A stretch of 63,999 nucleotides of DNA, the filler included, from Asterionella formosa (lineage: Eukaryota), in NCBI GenBank assembly GCA_002256025.1. It is 13 parts of 13 records of this genome, joined end to end, with 100 filler letters (N's around TTAATTAATTAA, not from the genome) between each part and the next. Parts side by side here need not be neighbours in the genome. Positions count along the whole stretch, not along the records: positions 1 to 23,528 come from NKIB01002442.1; 12 more parts are not named here. One strand, 5' to 3'. The notes under the pieces were generated by a model. That model was not told the DNA's origin. It searched no databases and saw only the letters and a program-made list of their open reading frames with translations. Each line of letters begins with the position of its first letter. Position 1 is the stretch's first letter. Position numbers and translations under genes: made by a program. Positions 1-10,800 of the stretch are shown here, one piece after another.

Positions 1-581
1 AGCGTGTTGCGCGCCAGGCCGAACCTTCCTACTACCAAACTCTTGTAGCTTTCAGGTAGGTTGTTGATCATGTGTGCCACATAGGCACCATCCTAAACGG
101 CGGAGCTTGTATTGCCCAATCGTTCCCAGATACGATCCAACTCCACATACCAGCTGTTGGGGTTCTCGTTTTCCCCTAGAGTGCACTTCGTCCATTGGTG
201 GGACAAAGCAATGACATTTGCCATGTTGCCTGACTCATACGTAGAAATGAGCTTGTCCCATGCTTCTTTAGCATTGCCGTTAGGAAAATCGGCACTTCTT
301 GCATTATTTACATGTCCGAATGGCCCGCTCTGGCATGCCATTATCAGACTTGCGTAAGCAACTGTGTTGCTCCTTCGGATGTGCCTCTGGTCAGCATCCG
401 ACAACACGATTGTATCGCCCTTTAGGTCTTTCTCTCCTCTTGGTAGTTCGTCACTGTTAAGTATTCCTTGAAAGTTCTTGTAGCACGCGTATGCGAGAAA
501 CTTCGCTTTCCACATGTGCCATTTAGCATCTTGCCCATTGAATGTCGGCAACCTCACTGACGTGTCTTCGTCACTTCCCAT
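1..581 (-). mobile_element. Ty1/Copia LTR retrotransposon gag (UBN2-type), with in-frame stop at 95-93, running off the window edge
   Basis: ORF 581-93 begins LPTFNGQDAKWHMWKAKFLAY, a typical Copia gag start. The frame continues past TAG as DGAYVAHMINNLPESYKSLV, matching the LxxLPxxY gag motif. Confidence 0.85.
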
Positions 582-700
582 TGTTCCTGAGTTGCCTGTG
601 GCCTTAAAAGGTGCGCTTTAAAGCGTGTTTAAAGGTCTTGTACTCCTTCCCGTCTGACGGGTTCCTCTTACGTAGGACTTACCTGCTATACCACTAGTAT

Positions 701-1004
701 TGTTATCTTCTTTCTGCTGCTAGCCTTTGTGCTAGTTTTCGCTATTGACCTTACTCTGTCAATTCTCACTGTTTCTTAATTATAAGATTAAACTAAAACT
801 AAGTTTCAATCCCATTCATCACACTTCGAGAACCTGTTCTTCGTGTTCCCTTTTCGTTGATGTAAAACTTCTTCTGATTGATCTAAGACATCAATCTCGT
901 GAGCAAGCTTCTTGACATGGGAACGCACCATTTGACTCATTGGACTATAGTCGAGTCCACAGTCCTTGTGACTCATTTTAGCCATTGATGCTATATTCTT
1001 GACA
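701..1004 (-). repeat. Putative 5' LTR of the Copia element
   Basis: Minus strand reads TGTCAAG...GATAACA (TG...CA, 304 bp) about 120 bp upstream of the gag ATG. A TGG-starting PBS-like stretch (TGGTATAGCAGG, 693-682) follows a few nt later. The second LTR is not in the window. Confidence 0.45.
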
Positions 1005-1356
1005 TTTTACTACATAACGTAGCCATCCTCCAAAAATATATCAAGCAAAGCTTTCATCGCGTCAGCATCATTTTTTTTATTATTCTGGTCTATTAATACA
1101 TACCGAGACCTATATTACTATTTGGTGCAGGACGAGAATGATGAATTTTGATGGGGAGCATCAATCAAGATGAGAATTCTATAGATTTAGCGAGGCAACC
1201 TGCGGTCGTGTCATCAAACAGGACACAGCCATTGCTGCTTCGTTAAACAATTGATCAATCGCCTACACTTTTGCATATTAGTGCACCACTTCCGAGTCTA
1301 CTTCCACAAGTAACGCACTCTCGGTCGTACGAATACTGTTCCATCGTAAAGTCAAA

Positions 1357-3953
1357 ATGAGATCTCATTGCGCCATTCTCGTCGTGGCTGCTGCCGTTGA
1401 TTCAATAGAAGCTTTCTCAACATGGCCGAGAAGTTGTCAGCAGAACCCAAGGTGCACACGGACAAGCCTCTCATTATCAACTTCTAATGATATAGACGCA
1501 CCTACACACTCCAGCAAGTCATCGTTTCAGCTAGCAACGGCTCTCTTTTCTGCCGGCCTGGCGTTTGACGCATATGTGGAACCACCCAGCAACAGCAGTC
1601 GCTGGGAACGGGGATCGAAGGGAATGTCAGTCGCCTTTTGTTCTCAGGCGTTCACTAGAAATCTATACAAGGGTTTGGTGGAAATTAAGGTGGAAAAGAT
1701 CACTGATCTACCTGACGATGACAATGGAGCAGAATCACTCCTCACTGGAGGAGGCGTCGATGCATATCTTCTCGTCGCAGCCATTGAAGGTCAATGGACG
1801 GAAGACGTACGCTTGATAGAAAAGGAAGCCTATAATGATGGGGTAGTAGGCTTAGTGGGAGCTGCTCATGTTGGAAGGTCTAGGACGGCGTGGGCAAATG
1901 TCAACGAAAACAAATCAAAAAATGCAAAACGAAAGGATGGACAAGCTCTGGCCTATCATATAAAAAGTAGTTGGGGAAGTGGAGGCCAAGCCATCTTTGA
2001 TGATGAGCCGTCTTTTTATTTGTATGTGCAAGAACCCGCCAAAGTTAGATTGGTATTTACTGTCATGGACGACGATATTGTGGGAGACGGCGATCCTGTC
2101 GGATCTGCACACCGCAAGTTGACAGAACTCATTCCAACCGCAGCATTTACTGGGAAGACACTCATCGATAAGCTCAAAGCTAATGTCATTGAGAAATACA
2201 AGCGTGGAGAGGTGCAAGACCTGGACGAGTTACTTCCCGATGATTTGGGTCTTAATGAAATGTGGGACGGCGAGATCAAGTTAACTTCAAAACCAAGAAT
2301 CAAGGACAAAAAAGGAAATATGGCAATTGGAGTGGCAGCTGGTGCTGTCATTGCTGGCCCAGTAGGAGCTGCAGCTGGTGCCTTCCTCAGTCAAATGTAT
2401 GAAGGCCAAGTTCGGGGTCGTATTAAATTGAAAGTCAGGTATCTTCCAATACCACCTGTTGATGTAGCGAGGCGCGAATATGTTGTAAGTTGGCCCGAGA
2501 GGTGTCGATTCTAATCGCTTTCGCCAATTTAATCGAGACTTACATCATGTCATATCACATATCCATAGGTAAGGGGTGGCCTTCCTGGTATTGAATGGGG
2601 TCAAATGTACAATATGCTTATCAGACGTCAGGTAAATGGGAACAGTGGAACCCTAGAACACTTGGCTGTGACAGATTTGGAACATTGTTTTTTTATCAAC
2701 CACGACGAGACTGGAGCCTGTTGTGCGGTCTATCGTTCACTCGAAAAGAAAATCATTGTCATTTCCTTCAGAGGAACGTGTGCTCCTAAGGATCTCATTA
2801 CTGATGCTACGATATTGCAGGACGCATGGGTAGAAGGTGAAGATGTCACAAATCGAGAAATCGCCAAAGTACATGCTGGATTCAGGTACGTAGTAGCACG
2901 CCAATAAGCCATTGGTTGAACTATGCCTGATTGCTCTTTGACTTATTATTATTCTGAATTCCCCAAAGGAACTCGCTTAATTCGATTTCGCGGCGATTAA
3001 AAGAATTGGTCTTGGCAACGCCTGCTCGTAATGATGACATTTCGCAGTACGATATGCTTGTCACCGGTCACAGTTTAGGTGGAGCGCTTGCGACTCTTTT
3101 TACACTGGACATTGCAGAATATGGAATTGATGCTGGGCGTGCGTTGCCACAACTGAAAGAATCTGATGATTGGTGGAAAAGTATTGCCACCACTCTCATG
3201 GGAGATAATGCGAAGTCAAGTTTCAAGCCACCTCCACCGCCACGCCCCAAGACACTTCGTATGTATAACTTTGGTAGCCCTCGAGTGGGAAATAGTGCTC
3301 TTGCTGCCAAGTTTTCTCAGTTGCAACAAGATGGCTTCATCAACGAAGCCTATCGTATAGTGAATGGTGACGACTTGGTCGCTCGAAATCCGAGAACGAT
3401 CAACGCTTTGGCCTTCGGTAATATTGGATATGAGCACTGCGCCTCGACGGTCCTGATTTCGAGTTCTGACACCAATGACAATGAAGAAGGAAATCCAGTT
3501 ATCAATCCAAGAATCTGGATTGAAGGTGAAAGTGACGACCAGAAATGCCCTGTTCGCGATGGCACTCCGCTTACTTCGCCTTTGGCCGATGGAAGTTTAT
3601 TGTCTGATATTAGCAATGCTATGAAGGAATCATTTGCATCAAAGAGTGAACAAGAAAAGAAGAACGTGGTTGAAGATTATGCTGCTAATATTCGGAACTT
3701 GGCAACTAGAATCGGAGACCGAATTCAAAATGTTTCAGCAACGGATCTCACCAGCGTCCTGGGAATCAATAAGAATTTTACGGAACGGGAGGTACGAATG
3801 ATTAAGAGCATCATGGAAGGCAAAGCCTTGGCTCATCACATGGAAGATGAGTATTATTCAGCAATGGGTCGGGCCAGTGGTTTCTTGGCAAAGCCTGGTG
3901 AGGAGTTGGAACATATCGTGCAGGAGAGTTCCCCACATGATTTTAGTAAATGA
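1357..3953 (+). CDS. Class-3 lipase with N-terminal C2-like region and probable plastid presequence; exons 1357-2484, 2569-2885, 2969-3953
   Basis: GT..AG introns 2485-2568 and 2886-2968 join three ORFs in frame. Lipase_3 motifs: ISFRGT, VHAGF, TGHSLGG, YNFGSPRVGN, RIVNGDDLV. The N-terminus is a signal peptide followed by EA|F and an S/T/R-rich stretch. Confidence 0.9.
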
Positions 3954-4007
3954 CTTGAAAGGTAGACTCATCAAGCAATTCCCTCTCCAGCTATCATCTT
4001 GCCATTT

Positions 4008-5599
4008 GGGTACTTCAAAGTAATTTTAGGCTCTAAGTAATTTTTATTTAAGGGCAATATGGGGCACATTGAATTTTTTGTCATTAAATTGCCGATTTTA
4101 GCAAGACAGCCAGAATAATGGTAATATGCATAGAGATGATACAACAAGCATAAATCACACGAGAATGATGGTAACATGCAACATCAATGAAAATTGAACA
4201 TGATGTTTGGAGCAACCAAAGTCTGAAATGCGATGTAATAATTAGCATCAAATAAGAAATAGAAAAAACTGTTTTGGGTTAGAAATGAAGTAAAAAAGAG
4301 GATTCAATGGAGACATATGCATTGACATTGTACTACTTACACAGGCAACATTGACTTTCCATTACCACACAATCAAAGACCGAAATAAGAAGAAAAAAGC
4401 TGAACCTAATTTAGACCTGTATTGTTATGTAGTTTTAATGATCTGGTTGCTGCAACCATGAACATTGCTGTAGTCGCCTGACACTAGAATAAGTCTTTCC
4501 GCCACAGTCATTCCTCCCACCAAACAACCCTGATCATTCCATTCCATTCCATTCTGAGCGAGTGCGATCGCCAGGCTGCTCCAGCAGCAGTATCAACTCC
4601 CTCTAGCTGAGTTCATAGCTTGTGATACAAAGTTGTAGTAGAAATGTAGGAAAGCGCATTAGTAAATGAAAAGCATTGCTTGGCAAGAATATTGACATCG
4701 TTGTCAACAACTATACAAATCAACAAATACAATCAACAATGGCACAATACATCTTAAAAGAGTAGGCATTGATACATGTATTGACCCTTTTGAAGATATT
4801 TACAATTGAATCAAAACGACAGCATGGAACAACAAAGAACAATAAAAGCGATCAAAACAGACCATAGAAGCAATCAAGTAGGAAATTCGACAATCGTATC
4901 TGTGATCACATTCAGTGTTTCACTGTTGCTTGTACTCACCGGTCCGCTCTAACAAGCGTAACACGCAGCAGTCAATGGGCTCATAAGAAAGTCGAAAGTT
5001 CCTGTTGCAAGCCCGAATTGAGCAACGGCAGGCAGGATAGAGTGAGAATTATAATTGTGAGGACGAAATCGGGCATACGTTACATAAAATCAATCAATAT
5101 GTGAACAATATGATTTAACATTCTGGTCTCGTAAAAAAATACCAAGTCTACAGAGATAATATTATAATGTGTTCAAAGTAAGCATTAAAGTTTAGGGTAA
5201 ACCATGCATGGTTGTTTTCAGTACCACGTAAGTATGTAGACTAGATGACTACCATTAAGGCAGCATCATCACATGCATGACAGGAGCAAAAACTTGACGC
5301 CAACATCAGATGTATCACTATCATCATTTGTCCAACGAAATATGGATGATGCAACTACATGAATCCCTCAAGAAGACAAGCAATCAAGCAACCAACTGCA
5401 TCTGTTTGACAACGAATTGTTACTGGTGTCATCACTGAACTGATTTCACTTCAAACCGGTAATGATGAACGACGATCGGCACAGTGAAAGGTGAATTGCT
5501 GGAGTCCACTTTTCAGGAGACGAACGAAAACGAGGTGAATTCTAGATATAAATTATTCAAATCTGTATAGTATATAAAATGGTTTCCTTAAGTAGACCC
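4008..5599. mobile_element. Putative non-autonomous MULE-like DNA transposon
   Basis: Flanked by near-identical direct repeats CTTGCC-ATTT (3998-4007) and CTTGCCGATTT (5600-5610), with GGGT-starting, weakly inverted ends. The left ~75 bp is similar to the reverse complement of 22755-22830. Confidence 0.45.
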
Positions 5600-5855
5600 C
5601 TTGCCGATTTCGGCAATCCCAGGGCTGGAAAACCGAGGGGCAATTGGCAAATGTTGTCTTGCCAAAATGCGAACATATGAAATATTCAAAATATATTTTA
5701 ATGATGGGCAATATCGGACCTTTGGCAATTTTCGAGGTGAAGATAGGAAATATTCGATATATACTTTATATAATGGGCTATAGTAAGCTAAAATTGATAT
5801 TTATGCTTAATTTGTGGGCAGTAGGTAAGCGAATGACGCGACAATAGCTAGAGCG

Positions 5856-6065
5856 GGAATTGCGTCAACAATACCCTTCTCGGTGGCCACTTGCCCTCTC
5901 GTATACATGTGTAGTCGCCTGGGATGGCACTCGTAGGATGACGTTCTCACAGCGCCGGGGGCACCAATCGTACGGTCAACCTACTTGTGCCACCCAGCCT
6001 CGTAAACATGTATACTCGCAGACAAGAGACCACCTCGGGCGTGTATTGCCTTCAGCTCAAATTCC
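5856..6065. other. Long imperfect inverted repeat (fold-back), about 210 nt
   Basis: Colinear complementary blocks: GGAATT/AATTCC, CAATAC/GTATTG, GGTGG/CCACC, GTATACATGT/ACATGTATAC, CTGGG/CCCAG, TGGCAC/GTGCCA, GTAGG/CCTAC, TGAC/GTCA. Confidence 0.75.
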
Positions 6066-6102
6066 TTGCCTACTGCAGCATCGTTGTCCCACCTGAAGTA
6101 TA

Positions 6103-6139
6103 GTACCAGGTACCAGGTACCAGGTACCAGGTACCAGGT
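6103..6139. repeat. (GTACCAG)n heptamer tandem, about 5 copies
   Basis: Direct reading: gtaccaggtaccaggtaccaggtaccaggtaccaggt. Confidence 0.95.
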
Positions 6140-6699
6140 TCTGATAACTGAGCATTCTTTCTCGAAATTTTTTTAACCTAGTTTGGGCTGTAGTGGACCA
6201 TTCATCCAAATTGATTCCAAGTATCGGTACTGGTAGTCAAGGCTTCTACATAAATACCGGTAGCGCTCATAAAAAATCACCTTTTGTCCATGATAAGTTC
6301 AACTCACCATAATGCGAGCTCCTCTCCCCGAAAATATCCTGATTGGGCAAGAAGACAAACTTTACACTCCCATCATCAGCCATGATGTGAAAAATGAGAA
6401 GTGCATTCCAGATGAATTCAGTCCACTAGACTTGATTCTCTCTATATTTTCAATCCATTGCCACTTGTTAAATTCATTGGATATTTCATTTTTGAAAAGT
6501 GAATCTATATCTACAGAACTGTAAGTTTCTGGAGGTGTGCATTGCATTAAGTGTCTAAGGCTAACAAAAATTTAGATGCATGAGGAGTCTGCTAAAAAAT
6601 ATCATCTCAAAAGTGTCTTTGCAAAATGGTGCAAAAATGAATATTGGCAATGGGCAAGGTGCTGTCATTTTATGCTTTTCCAAGTACAATCATCCATCA

Positions 6700-7400
6700 C
6701 TGTGGGTCTAAAATCATCATGTGAATATTGCGAAGGTTCACTAATTGAAAGAGTAACAGTGCTGCAGGGGAGCCCAAGAAAATCAGAGACAAAGAGGTGA
6801 TGGCCACACCTACTGGGCCTGTGGATGTTGCTGATACAATTGAGATGGATGCTCTCTAAACGCACATCAAGATTATTCCAAATTTGATATAGGCTACTAC
6901 CCTTACTATGGTGAAGTTGATAATATAATTATTGAGGCAGTAGAAGATAAAGGTATGCCTTCAGAGCTCCTCAAATTTGTAAAGAAACTTATGATACTGA
7001 CAATGTTGCCCTTGCAGCTGGATTTGTTGCTATTGATTATGACAATGCCCCAGCACCTGAAAATGTTCTTACCAATGAAGATGTGACAATTCTATTGATA
7101 GTAAAGAGTGAGAAATTCATGAATTTGCTACCAGAGACAGCTGAAGGCATCCTATATCATTCCAAGATTTTCATCATTTCCAATTCAGTTCAAGCTGGCT
7201 GTCTTGCAGTTGTTTGAATTATTTCCCCTTCTGTTTCTTGAAAGATAGCCATTTTTCATCATTAAACAAAAGATAGAGGGAATCCTGTGAGCCATGGTGA
7301 ATATGGATTACAGTTTTTAATGGCAACAACACAAGGAAAAAATTGGCACAATTTTTGGTCAGTTGCACCTACTAACAATTAAGCCTAAATCATCTCATAT
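6700..7400 (+). pseudogene. Degenerate piggyBac-like (DDE_Tnp_1_7-type) transposase, N-terminal part
   Basis: Frameshifted remnants AAGFVAIDYDNAPAPENV (~7013-7067), LQLFELF, and SHGE..GL.FLMATTQG...NFWS (~7290-7361). These resemble the DDDNxPAPEN / GxWFxMAT / DFWS motifs of stramenopile piggyBac-like transposases. Boundaries are approximate. Confidence 0.6.
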
Positions 7401-7886
7401 CTAGTGATTGATTTGATGACATTTTCAAGGAAGCAGTCTACACAAATTGGCCAGCACCTGGGTGTTCTGATTGCTTTCATGAAGTAGGGGAAATGATTGA
7501 AGAATGAATGATGACCTGTAGAGCAATTTTCAGCCAGCCAGAAATTGATGTCCATATGGACAATCATGCATACAAAAACCTTGCCCATTTGGAAATTAAT
7601 ACCACACAGTTTGTGTCCCTAATGACAAAGGTAGCCAATACTAGGTCATCCTTGTTTTGAAAAATTACTTTTCCCCTTGAATTGGATTCCAATACAAGGT
7701 ATTTTTGTTTCCTGTGTAACTACTCCAAATTAACTAATCATATGAATGGGGAATATATATAGGTGCTACAAGGTAAAATGACTAATACTTGTATTCCATG
7801 GGGGTGTCCTATGCCACACAATTCTTCTTTCCTTTGTTGCGTTGCACTAAAATGAAAGAACACCACAAAACATGCTTCAGACCCCC

Positions 7887-10800
7887 CTAAAAATCAAGGG
7901 CCTGGCCAACTAAGGCAACCTTTTTGACAACAGATTCTGCAATTCTCTGTTCTCGTGCCACTTCGGCTTCAATACCTAATCCAATCCATGATGGAGGAGT
8001 GTGATCTGGTAGTGTTCCAATCCATGCAAAAAGAGATGTAGCATCTGAAGCATCTGGAAGTGTTGGAGCATCTGATGCTTCACCCAGTTTGAAGTCGACA
8101 TCAAAGCATTTCGGGTGGAACACACTATCTACTATGCTGTCAAGGACAGCTTGATCGTCAGCTTTGGTGACACGGCCACCGAATACGCCTTTGCATAGAG
8201 TGGCTCGAATGGCATCCCATGGTAGTTTTTCTGGGTCTAGGTGCTGCCGGCCTCCGGCTGGGTGACCAACCAAAGCATCAATGACATCGAGACCGTGCGT
8301 AGCATCAGCCTCAGTGAATTCGTATTTCTCTGTCCAGCCCATTGGAACGTATGCAAGGCGCTCGTGAACAACAGCATGCACCCAGGCCAGAACCAAATAC
8401 AGCCTGTTTTTCACTGTATTGTGGAGCCTGTCAGTTGATATACCAGACAGAAAACGTGATAGTGATGCTTTGACCCCTGTAGGAGCTTCTGCAACAATAA
8501 CATCACTGAGTCGCAGCAAAGCAGTAGGGAGTTTGGAGTTTATCTCACTAGTAATGAAGAGGCGGAAATCAGGGTGCGTACTGGAACCAAGTGATTGCAA
8601 CTTCTTTACGAAATGATCATTGAGCCATTCACTGCACAAATGAACATTCTTCAACATTACCCAAGTGCCACGTTTCGAAGCCGCTGCAACGAATTTGTCG
8701 GCAGTGACGAAACCCTCTTCACTTCCCATCGCTACAGCAGCAAGCTCCTTTTGTAAGTCTCGAGACATCGACTCAACTCTACCGCTTACATCATGACCAG
8801 GTGCAGACACGAGCATCAGAGGGACAGACGAGGTAGCCTCCATTTCAGTTATTTGCCTGAGATAATTCAAACCGCGACCACGCCAAGGAAAATCCTCACC
8901 AAAAATATCGTTAATAATATAGATAAGACCTTCGGTAGTCGGAGGAGCATTTCCCGACGCAATGTCTTTGTCACCTGTGTATAGTCGGGCCAAATGCAGA
9001 CAGAATACAATCTTGTCCTCTGCTTGCAAACCCCGCCCGACACGAGCAGCAATTTCTCGGAACAAAGTGACTTTAATGGATACGATTCTTTTGTCATCAG
9101 ACTCACCGGCAACACGCGGCGTTCTTTCCAGAGCATCTTGCAGAATGGTGGCGAAGAGGCTCGGACTAAATTCATACAAGAAAGAAATCTCTCTCATGGT
9201 AGAGAATAGCACAAAGAGGTCGCGACAAGCATTTGCCAGTGGCTCAAATTCACCAACAGCACTTTGAACTTGCTTCATTACTTCGGCACTCTTTGAAATT
9301 TGCTCTTCAACCTGCCCACCTTCCTGCATCAGCAATTCCATACCATCGACAACACGGTCATCATCAAGGATACTTCCTTCCACTGCACTAATTTTGGCAA
9401 GCATTTGGTCTTCAAGTTCCCTAAGTTTGACATTTTGTTCACCCTGGATTTTCAGAAGGATTGCGCGCTGACTCTCCAACTCAGGTTTCTCGGATTTCAC
9501 AATACAACTTAAACTTTGACTTTGGAGACTGGCAGGAGTAACGGTAAAATTGACCAAAGTAACTCGAGAGCAAATATCCGGTGTAAGCTGCACAGCGGGG
9601 TTCTTTGTACTAAGGATGATGTAGAACTTCGGACTGTAGTCGACATCTTCGGTTCCAATGCGCACAATGGATCTACCACCGGTCCTCTGGATTTCCTTAT
9701 TTAAAACGGGGTTGAGGACTGGATCTATCGTTTCTACGTTTTCGACAAGGAGGGTAGTCCCAAAACGAACGGCTCCGGCGAGGGTTTTCATGAAAGCCTT
9801 GTCAAGAAAGCTACTTCTTTGGATCTTTTGATCTACGTGTTTCTTCATCAAGAAATCAATTGCTTGTCCCGATGGATCTATCACAAGAGGAAAACGGACG
9901 CACCTGTCTAAGATCACACCGTTCTCTAGACTGAGCTGGTCTCCATTAAGGCCTTGCAACTGCCAATGAAGTCTATCTGCAGCCTTGCTGAGACTTTCCA
10001 GCATACCAAGATCGTCGCGGAACTCAATCCCCAGTTCATCGAGGGTCCGCTTCCATTTGGCAATAAGAGCAATGCGGGTTTTGAAATCGAAGAAACCTGC
10101 GTAGGTCAAGAAGGCAGACATCAGCAGACCGTCTCCGACAAGGTTTCTGAGGATAGATTGGAAGCCTTGTGAACTTTTTGACCAACGTTCGCTCTCATGA
10201 CTAAGACTCTTAAGCAAACTTTCTGCTCGCTCCACTTTGGTAGTTACGACTTTCATTTCAGCCTTCAGAGTCTCAACGTCTCTAATCAGAGTCGCGTAGT
10301 CAGTCTTGTATTGACCAATCGACTCCTCAAGAGTTGTCACCTCGTTTTCGATCGTCATCTTGTTATCCATTGCGACTTGTGCTTGTTTCTCTAGTTGTTC
10401 TACCTCGTCACGAAGCGGCTGCACTCTATTGTAGACAAGGGAATATCGAATCTGTGACTCTGCCCATGAATACAGAGGCCCACACGCTTTGCTACTTCTA
10501 GTAACAGTTTCCACCGTGAGATCTGGATTTCCCAAGTAGTTGGATTGTATCAAGTTGATTTGCTTGTCTGACAAAGTGTCAGCATCGAAATCCAAGACAT
10601 TGGCGATAAAGTCGCTCTTGCCTAGCATTTTGCGAACGTCTGCCCATTCCCATTTTTGTTCACCCATCATAATTGCGACACATTCCAGTGTTAGCTTCAC
10701 ATTATTTGGTGGTCTTGCTAGATTCCGAACCTCATCTAGATGAGCTTTCTTGATCCCTCGGACGCTGGCTTGGGCACTTTTAAGAGCTGGCTCTGCCGAA

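Noticed and set aside
5871..5916. U2 snRNA resemblance (ATACCCTTCTCGG...GTGTAGT)
   Set aside because: Lacks GCTAAGATCAA stem I, the full GTGTAGTATCTG motif and an Sm site; likely coincidence.
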